A DNA stretch of 64,000 bases from Treponemataceae bacterium (GCA_963678065.2 CAXXVZ010000003.1:1728001-1792000); one strand, 5' to 3'. Counted from the first letter of the stretch, positions 1 through 9,826 are shown. Numbers and translations are program-made. The notes: generated from the sequence alone by a model not told the origin.

Positions 1-107
1 AGGGGCTGAGGGGGAAGGAAGGGTGAAACGCCCCTCCTTCCCCGACTCCTCCGGAAGACGCTTTCCGCAATTAGGTCGGCTCATTTGATCAAACCAAGGA
101 GGTTCTA

Positions 108-2039
108 ATGTCCAAGAAACGAATCTCGTTCGTGATCGCGCTGGCGCTCGCGGCGGCACTGGTGCTGCCCCTGAGCGTCTTCGCGCTCAACTACTCAGGC
201 AGCCAGGGCAACCTAGCCACCTTCGAAACCCTCGAGGAAACCCACCTCAGCAGCCCGACCGCCGTCGCCAACCTCGAGACCAACGTCGGCAAGCCCTTCA
301 AGTCCCACCCCGTCCTCGACGGCTACCCGCAGGGCACGACCTACGTCTATCGCTCGGCCGAGATGTACGGTGGACGGGCCGCGGCTAGGCTCAACACCGA
401 CATCCTGGTCTTCTCCGACCAATCCTTCGCCGGCAAGGCCCCTGCCCTCAACTACCTCAAGGACCTCGGACTCATCAAGATCATCGACCAGGCTGTCGGC
501 AGCGTCATCCTCGTCACCCCCGCCGATCCCAAGGCTGGCTTCGGACAGGCCGACCAGAAGAACTACTACGCCCTCCAGACCGCCATGCTCGCCCAGAAGG
601 CTTCGGAGACCTCCGGCAAGATAACGACCTACTACTCCGACGCCGAGTACTTAGGCGGCTACGGCTACACCTACGTCATCGGCATCGACGGCGGGGCCAC
701 CTTCCTCAACAACTATGTCGCCGGCACTTTCGACTACGTCAGCAGGATAGCCGGCATGCTCCTGGTAAACGGCAAGATGGACAGCATCCGCGGCGTAGCC
801 TCCCTGGTCCCGGCCTACTTGGTCAACGCCCCGGGCTCGGTCGTGGAGAAGTACAAGAAGGCCAACGGCACCGACGCCTACGCGAGGACTGGCGAGGTCG
901 AGACCTTCTACAACCAGGCCTTCCCCCTCAGGAAGGTCGTCGTCAACGGCGACGCGACCGCCAACCTGGTCTCCATCGTCAGCGACGCCTACTACAACCT
1001 CTTCATCAAGGCCATGCGGGTGCCCGTCATCAAGCAGGGGCTCTACACCGCCGCCACGCCCTACCAGGGCTACAACTTCGACGAGGCTCCCTACTCCCTC
1101 TGCGAGCGCAACGCCGTGATCGACGGGGTGACCGAGGACGGGATCTGCCTGATCCGCCACAAGGAAGACAGGTTCGGCAACATCAAGACGCTTGACGGCG
1201 AATACCTGCAGACCTGGTTCGAGTACCTGCCCAAGGAAGTGCTGAACAATACTGCCCCCAGAGGCAGCGTACCATTCATACTCGCGATGCATGGAGGCGG
1301 GGATGATCCTCGCGTATTCGTCGACGAGATCGGTCTGCTGGCCCTCGCGGGGAAAGAACGTTTTGCGATGGCGGCCCCAGAGCATCAATACCTCGGATTC
1401 ATACGAAAGGACAATAAGCAGATAGAGGGCATTCTTTGCGATGTGCTGCCGCAATTCGTACAGTACATGTTGGCGACCTATCCAGCCCTGGACCCTTCCC
1501 GCGTCTATGTCACCGGCTATTCGATGGGCGGCGGCGCGACCCTGAGAGCCATAAACGGGAATCCATCGCTTTTCGCCGCGGCGGTACCTATGGCGGCTTC
1601 CAGTTACATAGGCACGAAAGAGCAAGTCGCGCAGTTTGCCACCTACGACCTGCCTATCATGTTTACCACTTCTTCCTTCGATCTTGGCGGTGCATTCGAC
1701 CAAGCCAACGTCACTATTGCGACCGGTTACCAGAGCTTGATCAACCTCTTTCTCGAATATAACGGGATCCAGAAGATCAATGCTTTCGACTTTGGTACCT
1801 ATCCTATTTCTGGTTTCAAGGCGGCCACTATAAATCGCGTAACCCTCAACAACGAGTATATAAACACCCGCTGGTACATCAACAATTCAGATGGAATCCC
1901 GATGGTTGCCCTTAGCTACACAGAAAACTTGATCCACGCGCTTTACCCCGAATACGCCAAGATCATGTGGGAATTCTCCAAGCATTACTCAAGAAATCAG
2001 ACAACCGGTTCTGTAGTGTACGATCAATCTGCAAAATAG
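108..2039 (+). CDS. Secreted serine alpha/beta-hydrolase (PHB depolymerase/LpqC-like esterase), array copy 1
   Basis: Signal peptide ending VFA; HGGGDD oxyanion region; GYSMGG nucleophile elbow; LIHALYPEY His motif; SD AAGGAGG. Confidence 0.8.
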   Translation: MSKKRISFVIALALAAALVLPLSVFALNYSGSQGNLATFETLEETHLSSPTAVANLETNVGKPFKSHPVLDGYPQGTTYVYRSAEMYGGRAAARLNTDILVFSDQSFAGKAPALNYLKDLGLIKIIDQAVGSVILVTPADPKAGFGQADQKNYYALQTAMLAQKASETSGKITTYYSDAEYLGGYGYTYVIGIDGGATFLNNYVAGTFDYVSRIAGMLLVNGKMDSIRGVASLVPAYLVNAPGSVVEKYKKANGTDAYARTGEVETFYNQAFPLRKVVVNGDATANLVSIVSDAYYNLFIKAMRVPVIKQGLYTAATPYQGYNFDEAPYSLCERNAVIDGVTEDGICLIRHKEDRFGNIKTLDGEYLQTWFEYLPKEVLNNTAPRGSVPFILAMHGGGDDPRVFVDEIGLLALAGKERFAMAAPEHQYLGFIRKDNKQIEGILCDVLPQFVQYMLATYPALDPSRVYVTGYSMGGGATLRAINGNPSLFAAAVPMAASSYIGTKEQVAQFATYDLPIMFTTSSFDLGGAFDQANVTIATGYQSLINLFLEYNGIQKINAFDFGTYPISGFKAATINRVTLNNEYINTRWYINNSDGIPMVALSYTENLIHALYPEYAKIMWEFSKHYSRNQTTGSVVYDQSAK

Positions 2040-2154
2040 TGGCCTTTTCCATTGCCGAGCTGGCAAGGGATTTTTATTTGGCAATGCGACCTCGCCAGCT
2101 CATACCGCTATTCAGATGTGGACGATGTTTTAATCATGAAGAATGGAGGAAGAT

Positions 2155-4032
2155 ATGAAAAAATTGCTCGGCATGGCGCTGGTTATGTGTATTCTATTCA
2201 GCGCCGGTAATGCCTTCGCGCTCGGCTACAAACAGCATCTCGATAACAAGGCCACCTTCGAGACCTTGAAGGAAGCCCATGATAACGGGCCCGCGTACCT
2301 GAGCCCGGCGACGGGCAGGAACTACGTGCCCGATCCGGCGCTGGATACCTATCCGGACGGAACCACGTACATTTACCGTTCGGCCACTATGTTCACCTGT
2401 CTCAGCGCGGCGAACCGCATGAACACGAACATTCTTGTGTTCACCGACAAGTCCTTCGACGCTAAGGACGCGGCGCTCTCGTACATAAAGAAGCTCGGCT
2501 TGACCGACATCGTGGACAAGGCCTCCGGAAGCGTGGTGCTTGTGACGCCGATCGACAAAAAGACCGGCTACGGCATCGCCGACCAGTACGCTTATTACCA
2601 GATGCAGTCGGCTATGTACAACATTGGCTTCACGAAGAAGATCGACGACAAGACGGTGTACTATGCGGACAGCGCCTACTTCGGCGGCCAGACCTATCGC
2701 TACCTCATTGGGATCGACGGCGGCGCCTCCTTCCTGAACAACTTCGTCGCCAGCACCTTCGATTACGTCTCCCGCGTGGCGGGAATGCTGCTCGTCAACG
2801 GCCAGATGGAGAAGGTCCGCAAGGTCGCCTCCCCCGTCCCTGTTTACCTGGCGGGCACCACGGACGAGATCGTCGGGAAATACAAAGAAGCTAACAACAC
2901 CAACGCGTCGGGATTCGAGCGTGGCTACCAGTACTACTTCAACCAGGCGCACAGCCTGCAGAAGATCATCGTCAACCAGGATGCCAAACTCAGCGCCGAC
3001 TTGGTCAACGATGTGTACAACAACTTCTTCGTCAAAGCCATGCGAGTCCCCGTGCTCAAGGCGGGACTCTTCGCCGCTTCCACCCTCTACAGCAATTATA
3101 ACTGGAACATGGCCCCCTACTCCCTAGGCGAACGCAACGCGATCGTCGACGGCAAGACCACGGACGGGATCAACGTCATCGAGCGCAAGGAGGACCGTTT
3201 CAAGAGCATCGCGACCAAAACGGGTGAGTACATTCAGACCTGGTACGAATTCCTTCCCGACGAAGTTCTTAAGGGAACCGCGGAGAAGGGAAGCGTTCCA
3301 CTCATCCTCATGAACCACGGAGGCGGCGACGACCCCGTTCAGGCCACGGACGACCTCGGGTGGCTCACTCTCGCCGGAAAGAAACACTTCGCCATTGTGG
3401 CGCCTCTCCACACCTCCGCCACGGATATCCTTTCCACCGCCCTTCCTGCGCTCGTCAAATACATGCTGGCGACCTATCCGGCCCTGGATCCTTCCCGCGT
3501 CTACGTTACCGGCTATTCCATGGGCGGGGGAGCGACCAACCGTACTCTCTACGGGGATGCGAGCCTCTTCGCGGCAGCCGTGCCGATGTCCGGCACGCCC
3601 TATACGCACCTTCCTGATCAGACAGCGCAGTTTGCCTCCATCGACATTCCTGTGCTCTTCACTACCTGCACCTATGACACCTACACCCACTTCGACTCGG
3701 TGAATGGTATCATCGCCGACGATTTTCAGATGAACATCAACGACTACCTCAGCTACAACGAGATGCCCACCGTCGTCTATGACTTCAAGACCTATCCCAT
3801 GAGCGGCTTCAAGGGCGACACCTTCAAGTCCATCATGCTCAATGACGAGTATCCCAACTACACCTGGCTGTTCCTCAACAAGGCGGGAGTCCCGATGGTC
3901 GGACTGAGCGTCACCGAATTCCTGCCCCACGGGCTGTATCAAGCCTACGCGGGACTCGCCTGGGACTTCCTGGTCCACTATTCCCGCGACCCGAACACAA
4001 AGGCGATCGTCTACACCGCGTTCGCCAACTGA
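2155..4032 (+). CDS. Secreted esterase-like hydrolase, array copy 2
   Basis: GGAGGA then ATG at 2155; signal peptide ending AFA; NHGGGDD, GYSMGG, LPHGLY. Confidence 0.8.
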   Translation: MKKLLGMALVMCILFSAGNAFALGYKQHLDNKATFETLKEAHDNGPAYLSPATGRNYVPDPALDTYPDGTTYIYRSATMFTCLSAANRMNTNILVFTDKSFDAKDAALSYIKKLGLTDIVDKASGSVVLVTPIDKKTGYGIADQYAYYQMQSAMYNIGFTKKIDDKTVYYADSAYFGGQTYRYLIGIDGGASFLNNFVASTFDYVSRVAGMLLVNGQMEKVRKVASPVPVYLAGTTDEIVGKYKEANNTNASGFERGYQYYFNQAHSLQKIIVNQDAKLSADLVNDVYNNFFVKAMRVPVLKAGLFAASTLYSNYNWNMAPYSLGERNAIVDGKTTDGINVIERKEDRFKSIATKTGEYIQTWYEFLPDEVLKGTAEKGSVPLILMNHGGGDDPVQATDDLGWLTLAGKKHFAIVAPLHTSATDILSTALPALVKYMLATYPALDPSRVYVTGYSMGGGATNRTLYGDASLFAAAVPMSGTPYTHLPDQTAQFASIDIPVLFTTCTYDTYTHFDSVNGIIADDFQMNINDYLSYNEMPTVVYDFKTYPMSGFKGDTFKSIMLNDEYPNYTWLFLNKAGVPMVGLSVTEFLPHGLYQAYAGLAWDFLVHYSRDPNTKAIVYTAFAN

Positions 4033-4074
4033 GAAGAAAGCAAGATGCGTCCGGAAACAACCAAAGGAGCAATT

Positions 4075-5958
4075 ATGAAAAGAATCGTGTGTATCACGCT
4101 GCTGTTTTATCTTTTCCTCGGCGCGAACTCCGCGTTCGCGCTGGGCTACAAGCAGCATCTCGGCAATAACGCCACCTTCGAGACCTTGAAGGAGGCCCAC
4201 GCGAACGGCGCCGCGTACATGAGCTCCGTTACGGACAGGACCTATGTCCCCGATCCCGCGCTGGACGCGTATCCCCAGAACACCACCTTCGTCTATCGCT
4301 CGGCGGGACAATACACCTGCACCAGCGCGGCCTTCCGGATGAACACCAATATCCTCGTATACACGGACAAGGCTTTCGACACCAAGGACAAGGCCTTTCA
4401 GTATTTGAGGGACCTCGGCGTGATCAGCATCATCGACAAGGCAGTGGGCAGCGTTACCCTGGTCACCCCCATCGATCCCAAGGCCGGATTCGGCACCGCG
4501 GACCAGTACGCGTATTTCCAGCTGCAGGCCGCCATGTGCAACCTCGGCTACACGGCGAAGGTTAACGACAAGACCGTCTATTACGCCGACAACTCCTACT
4601 TCGGCGGGCTCACCTATCGCTACCTCATCGGCATTGAGGGCGGCGCGACCTTCTTGAACAACTTCGTGGCGACTACCTTCGACGACGTCACCCGCGTCGC
4701 AGCCATGCTGCTCATCAAGGGCGACATGGAGAAGGTCCGCAAGGTGGCATCCTTCGTTCCCACCTACCTCGTGAACGCCTCCGCCGATGTCGTGGAGAAG
4801 TACAAGGCCGCAAACCAGACGAACGCCTGGGGCTACGACCAGAACGGCAACATGTTCTATTTCAACCAGGCACAGCCACTTCAGAAAGTCATCATGGACA
4901 GGACCTCGAAGGTCGACTCGAGCCTGATCGGCACTGTGTACAACAACTTCATGACCAAATATTTCCGCATCCCGGTCGTGAAGGCGAACCTGTACTCAGC
5001 CTCCACTCTCTACAGCGACTACAAGTGGAACCAGGCCCCGTATTCCCTTGGGGAACGCAATGCCATCGTCGACGGAAAGACCGCGGACGGGATCTACGTC
5101 GACGAGCACCATGAGGATCGGTTCAAGAACATCAAGCAGGACAACGGCGAATACCTGGATACCTGGTTCGAGTTCCTGCCCGAGGAGGTCAAGAACAACA
5201 CAGCCCCCAAGGGGAGCGTTCCCCTGTTCCTGGGAAACCACGGCGGCGGGGACGACCCCGTGCAGTACGCGGACAACATCGGCCTCTTGACGCTCGCCGG
5301 CAAGGAGAGGTTCGCCCTTGTCGTTCCCGAGCAGCAGTCCATCTCCAGCATCAGGGGCAAGGCGCTGCCAACTCTCGTGAAATACATGCTCGCGACCTAT
5401 CCCGCGCTCGACGCGTCCCGCGTATATACCACCGGCTACTCTATGGGCGGCGGCGCAACATTCAACGCCGTGGACGGCGATGCCCGGCTCTTCGCTGCCG
5501 CGGTTCCACAGGCTGCGGTCACCTACGTCGCGACCAAGGAAGAATCGGCGCAGTTCAAGGACCTGGACATCCCCATCATGCTCACCACCTCTACGTATGA
5601 CTATTTCTACGATACGGCCACCTTGGTCTACAGGGTGACCGCCATGTGCGATTATCCCACCATGCTCAACCTGTACCTCGGATTCAACGAGATGCCTGCC
5701 CTGAATTTCGATTGCGTCAAGTATCCGCTCAGCGGATTCAAGGCGGACGAGTTCAAGGAAATTACCCTTAACAACGAGTACGTGAATCGCACCTGGCTGC
5801 TCTACAAGGAAGGGATTCCCATGGTCGGCCTGAACGTCACGGATTTCCTACCGCACGGCCTGTACCAGGAATACGCGAAGGTGGTGTGGGACTTCGTAAA
5901 GCACTATTCCCGCGACCTGAAGACCGGCGCGGTCGTCTACCGTCCCTATGTCGACTGA
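4075..5958 (+). CDS. Secreted esterase-like hydrolase, array copy 3
   Basis: AAGGAG then ATG at 4075; same motifs as copy 2. Confidence 0.8.
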   Translation: MKRIVCITLLFYLFLGANSAFALGYKQHLGNNATFETLKEAHANGAAYMSSVTDRTYVPDPALDAYPQNTTFVYRSAGQYTCTSAAFRMNTNILVYTDKAFDTKDKAFQYLRDLGVISIIDKAVGSVTLVTPIDPKAGFGTADQYAYFQLQAAMCNLGYTAKVNDKTVYYADNSYFGGLTYRYLIGIEGGATFLNNFVATTFDDVTRVAAMLLIKGDMEKVRKVASFVPTYLVNASADVVEKYKAANQTNAWGYDQNGNMFYFNQAQPLQKVIMDRTSKVDSSLIGTVYNNFMTKYFRIPVVKANLYSASTLYSDYKWNQAPYSLGERNAIVDGKTADGIYVDEHHEDRFKNIKQDNGEYLDTWFEFLPEEVKNNTAPKGSVPLFLGNHGGGDDPVQYADNIGLLTLAGKERFALVVPEQQSISSIRGKALPTLVKYMLATYPALDASRVYTTGYSMGGGATFNAVDGDARLFAAAVPQAAVTYVATKEESAQFKDLDIPIMLTTSTYDYFYDTATLVYRVTAMCDYPTMLNLYLGFNEMPALNFDCVKYPLSGFKADEFKEITLNNEYVNRTWLLYKEGIPMVGLNVTDFLPHGLYQEYAKVVWDFVKHYSRDLKTGAVVYRPYVD

Positions 5959-5991
5959 AGTTTAGCGTAAAGCTGTTCGGGCTACGCAGCT

Positions 5992-6194
5992 CGAGCGTTT
6001 CTGTCGCCTGCCGGCATGAGGCTCTTGGCCTCTCGTCCGGCAGGAGTCTTTCCTGGCGGACTATTGTGATGCGAAAGACAGCGAGCGGCATTTGTGTCGG
6101 AGGGAACCGGCGGAACGGGGAGCAGGCCCGATTTCCCGAACGTTTCCCTCCCCTCCCGAATGAACGACTCGCGTCGATTATAAGGAGAAGGATT
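5992..6194 (+). repeat. ~200 bp structured intergenic repeat, copy A (leader of copy 4)
   Basis: Closely matches 8125-8318; several hairpins; ends at the SD. Confidence 0.85.
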
Positions 6195-8105
6195 ATGAAG
6201 AAACTGATCTGTGCGGCGCTATCGATCTGCCTTCTGTTGAGCGCAAGCGCGGCCTTCGCGCTCGACTACAAGCAGCATTTCGACAACAATGCCACGTTCG
6301 AGACCTTGAAGGAGGCGCGCGCCAACGGGGCAGCGTACTTGAGTTCGGCTACGGACAGGATCTATGTGCCCGACCCGGCCCTCGACAGCTACCCGGACGG
6401 GACCACCTATGTCTATCGTTCCGCCAGGATATACACCTCCCTGAGCGCGGCGAACCGCATGAACACCAACATCCTCGTGTACACGGACAAGTCCTTCGAC
6501 GGCAAGGACGCGGCGCTCGCTTATCTCAAGAAGCTGGGCCTGACGGAGGTCGCGGATAAAGCCTATGGGAGCTTGACCCTGGTGACCCCCGCCGACAAGA
6601 AGCTCGGCTTCGGCGTCGCCGACCAGTATGCCTACTTCCAGCTGCATTCGGCAATGTGCAACATCGGATACACCAAAAAGGTCGACGCCAAAACCACCTG
6701 GTATTACGCCGACAGCGCGTATTATGGCGGGCTGACCTACCGCTATCTCATCGGCATCGATGGCGGGGCCACCTTCCTGAACAACTACGTAGCCAGCACC
6801 TTCGACTATATTTCCCGCATAGCTGGTATGCTGCTAATCAACGGCGACATGGACCGCATCCGCCAAGTGGCCGCCTTCGTCCCCACCTATCTGGTGAATG
6901 CCTCCGCCGAGGTGGTCGACAAGTACAAGGCAGCGAACAAGACGGACGCCTTCTCGGTCAAGGGCGATGTGAGCTGCTACTACAACCAGGCCCAGCCCTT
7001 GCAGAAAGTATACGTCGCCAAGCAGGACCAGGTGGACCTCGCCGCCGCGGTCAAGGCTGCATACTACGATATGTTCATCAAAGCCTTGCGGAACGCATCG
7101 GTAAAGGCCGGTCTTTACACGGCTTCCACACTTTATAGCGACTACAAATGGAATATGGCCCCCTACTCCCTGTCCGAGCGAAACGCGATAATCGACGGCG
7201 TCACCGCCGACAGGCTTTCCGTGATCGAGCACAAGGAAGACCGATTCAGTAAAATGGCCACCGACGCCGGAAACTATGTCCAAACCTGGTTCGAGGTCCT
7301 TCCCGAAGAGGTCAAGAACAACACCGCTCCCGCCGGATCGGTTCCGCTCATCCTGGCCAACCACGGCGCCGGCGACGATCCCGTGCAGTTCCTGGATGAA
7401 ATGGACTGGCTGTCAATTGCCGGCAAGAAACGCCTGGCGATTGTGGCACCCTACCATACGGTGGATTTCGGCGTGAACGGCTATAACATCCTCTGCGATG
7501 TGCTGCCCGAGTTGGTCAAGTATATGCTGGCGACCTATCCTGCCCTGGATGCCTCCCGCGTCTACGTGACCGGCTACTCCATGGGTGGCGGCGCGACTAA
7601 CCGCGCCATTTGCAGCGCACCCCAGCTTTTCGCCGCCGCAGTCCCCGAGGCTGCCCTCGCCTACACCGCAACCGCCAAGCAAGCTCTCCAGTTCGAAAAA
7701 TACGATATTCCCGTCCTGCTCACCACTTCGACCTACGACTCTTTCGTGGTGAACGACAAGTCCATCAACAACACGTCCCAGAATGTCCTCTTCGATTATC
7801 AGGGCATGATAAACCAATATCTTGCGTTCAACGGTATGAAGACCATCGCGTTCGACTTCAACACGTACCGCTACTTCGGCGCCAAGGCCGATATCTACAT
7901 CCAGAACACCTTGAACAATGAGTATACAAACCGCATGTGGCTGATGCTCAACGACAAAGGCGTTCCCATGGTGGGGCTGAGCGTAACCGACTTCCTTCCG
8001 CACGGTCTGTACCAGGAGTATGGCAAGATCGCGTGGGATTTCATGAAGCACTATTCTCGCGATCAGAAGACCGGCGCGGTCATCTACGATGCATATGCCG
8101 ACTGA
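6195..8105 (+). CDS. Secreted esterase-like hydrolase, array copy 4
   Basis: TAAGGAG then ATG at 6195 (MKKLICAA); NHGAGDD, GYSMGG, LPHGLY. Confidence 0.8.
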   Translation: MKKLICAALSICLLLSASAAFALDYKQHFDNNATFETLKEARANGAAYLSSATDRIYVPDPALDSYPDGTTYVYRSARIYTSLSAANRMNTNILVYTDKSFDGKDAALAYLKKLGLTEVADKAYGSLTLVTPADKKLGFGVADQYAYFQLHSAMCNIGYTKKVDAKTTWYYADSAYYGGLTYRYLIGIDGGATFLNNYVASTFDYISRIAGMLLINGDMDRIRQVAAFVPTYLVNASAEVVDKYKAANKTDAFSVKGDVSCYYNQAQPLQKVYVAKQDQVDLAAAVKAAYYDMFIKALRNASVKAGLYTASTLYSDYKWNMAPYSLSERNAIIDGVTADRLSVIEHKEDRFSKMATDAGNYVQTWFEVLPEEVKNNTAPAGSVPLILANHGAGDDPVQFLDEMDWLSIAGKKRLAIVAPYHTVDFGVNGYNILCDVLPELVKYMLATYPALDASRVYVTGYSMGGGATNRAICSAPQLFAAAVPEAALAYTATAKQALQFEKYDIPVLLTTSTYDSFVVNDKSINNTSQNVLFDYQGMINQYLAFNGMKTIAFDFNTYRYFGAKADIYIQNTLNNEYTNRMWLMLNDKGVPMVGLSVTDFLPHGLYQEYGKIAWDFMKHYSRDQKTGAVIYDAYAD

Positions 8106-8124
8106 GGGTGCTCACTGAGCATTC

Positions 8125-8318
8125 CGAGCGTTTCTGTTGCCTGCCGGCATGAGGCTCTTGGCCTCTCCTCCGGCAGGAGTCTTTCCTGATGGACTGTTGT
8201 GCCGTGAATGACCCTGAGGGTCATTCGCGGCGGAGGGAATCGTCGCAACGGGGAGTGGACCCGACTTCCCGAACGCTTCCCTCCCCCCGAATGAACGGCT
8301 CGTGTCAATGATAAGGAG
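8125..8318 (+). repeat. Structured intergenic repeat, copy B (original leader of copy 5, separated from it by the IS110)
   Basis: Matches 5992-6187; similarity to copy A resumes at 10977. Confidence 0.85.
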
Positions 8319-8518
8319 GAATGATAAAACGTCAACCGGGTTCTAGGTGAAGAGGGTATCCTGTAGCGGAGGGATCCGATACGGGAAGGCTATTGCTCGT
8401 CATGGTTTATGGCTTACGAGGCCGGTAAGGAGAATGAGGAGTAAAGTGCGCCTAATCGTCAATACAGAAAAAAAGAAAAATAAGGTGGATCCCAATTTGT
8501 CCTTGTATTCATGAATTT

Positions 8519-9385
8519 CTATGCTGCCAGCCGTAGGCTGAAGCATCGGTTATACACCTCATCCGGTGTAGCATACTCAAGGGACTGATGAAATCGTTCC
8601 TGGTTGAAGAAATTGAAGTATTTGTCGACGGCGGTCTTTAGTTCCACGAGCGATTCGTACGAGTTCAGGTAAATTTCTTCGTACTTCAGTGACCTCCAGG
8701 TCCGCTCGATATAGATGTTGTCCAAAGCCCGGTTGACGCCATCCATGCTGATCTGGATTCCTTTGGCTTCAAGAACCGAGACAAACGCCTCGGATGTGAA
8801 CTGGCTCCCTTGGTCGGTGTTGAAGATCCCGGGAGTCCCGTGTACGGTAAGGGCTTCTTCCAGAGCATCGATGCAGAATCCTACATCCATCGTATTCGAG
8901 ATTCGCCACGACAGAACTTTCCGTGAAAACAGGTCGATAATCGCCACGAGATAGACATGAGACCCATTCACCTTCAGGTAGGTCACATCCGTTGCCCAGA
9001 CATGGTTCGCTATCCATATTTTCTTGTCTCGCAATAAATACGGGTACTTCTTGTGGTGTTTCGACGGTTTCGATAGATTCTTGCCGGGAAAGAGAGCCTT
9101 GAGTCCTGCCCGCTTCATGATCCGCCTGACCTGCTTGCGGGTGACCTTCATATCCTTCAAGGCACAGGCCATCCGCCGGTATCCATAGAACGGATGCTTG
9201 TTCAATTCTTCGAGAATTGCCGTGAGTACGGCCATCCCCCACTCGTCATCCATCTTTACTGATGTGTAGTAATACGCCGATCTGCTGATTCCCAACAGTT
9301 CACATTGCGTGATGATCGGCAGATCCTGATTGTCGGGTTCTACAAGTTCGGCTCGCTCCCGTACACCTGTCGGTACTTTTTTTTT
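8519..9385 (-). CDS. IS3 OrfB DDE transposase/integrase core, reached by -1 frameshift
   Basis: WATDVTY, NTDQGSQFTS, DNIYIERTWRSLKYE motifs; A9G slippery run at 9385-9376; -1 frame is open from there. Confidence 0.9.
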   Translation of the reverse strand, partial: KKKVPTGVRERAELVEPDNQDLPIITQCELLGISRSAYYYTSVKMDDEWGMAVLTAILEELNKHPFYGYRRMACALKDMKVTRKQVRRIMKRAGLKALFPGKNLSKPSKHHKKYPYLLRDKKIWIANHVWATDVTYLKVNGSHVYLVAIIDLFSRKVLSWRISNTMDVGFCIDALEEALTVHGTPGIFNTDQGSQFTSEAFVSVLEAKGIQISMDGVNRALDNIYIERTWRSLKYEEIYLNSYESLVELKTAVDKYFNFFNQERFHQSLEYATPDEVYNRCFSLRLAA

Positions 9386-9642
9386 AGAAACGCATTCTCG
9401 ACCTGGAGTTGCCCAATCTGCTTGAAGAGCTCGTCCTGCTTCTCTTGGGCTACTTCTGCTTCCTTGTCCTTCCCTGATCTTTCAAAGAGCGTGGCTACTT
9501 GATCGACCACATGCTTTTTCCATTGGGCAATCTGATTCGGATGCACTCCATAGATTTGGGACAGTTCCTGAAGGGTTTTCTCGTTCCGGACTGCTTCCAT
9601 GGCCACTTTGGCCTTGAAGCTGGTGTCGTAGCTTTTGCGCAT
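9340..9642 (-). CDS. IS3 OrfA (HTH)
   Basis: MRKSYDTSFKAKVA...YGVHPNQIAQWKK...ENAFLKKK; SD GGAGG. Confidence 0.9.
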   Translation of the reverse strand: MRKSYDTSFKAKVAMEAVRNEKTLQELSQIYGVHPNQIAQWKKHVVDQVATLFERSGKDKEAEVAQEKQDELFKQIGQLQVENAFLKKKYRQVYGSEPNL

Positions 9643-9826
9643 GGTGTACTCTATGCCTCCCGTATCTTTTTTTACAAGGAGGAATGTCACCTTATTTCCC
9701 TTTGTTTCCTGTCTGATTTCTTGGGCTCATTATAGAGCCTAGCCGCATCATTCAATGACCCGCGAGGTCGAATAGGAGAATGGGCCCGATCCACCGCATC
9801 GAACCTATATCGGATGGGGAGAGGAT

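Larger units (their letters stand above)
8442..9734 (-). mobile_element. IS3-family insertion sequence (1293 bp) nested in the IS110 left end
   Basis: Imperfect ~46-bp IRs 8442-8487 and 9688-9734; 3-bp target duplication GAG (8439-8441, 9735-9737); orfA/orfB. Confidence 0.9.
8341..9820 (+). ncRNA. Candidate IS110 bridge RNA (about 8341-8441 plus 9738-9820), split by IS3
   Basis: Two parallel internal-loop modules carry segments matching the target (TAAGGAG 8426-8432) and the donor (ATCATTC 9747-9753, ATAGGAG 9772-9778); RNA ends approximate. Confidence 0.7.

Noticed and set aside
1..60. Group II intron 3' end
   Set aside because: A GC hairpin is present, but no bulged A or domain V is visible and the sequence is cut by the window edge.
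8314..8318. AGGAG as a classical 5-bp target-site duplication
   Set aside because: IS110 elements recombine conservatively; the junction promoter spacing and donor-matching guide indicate that one copy comes from the element.
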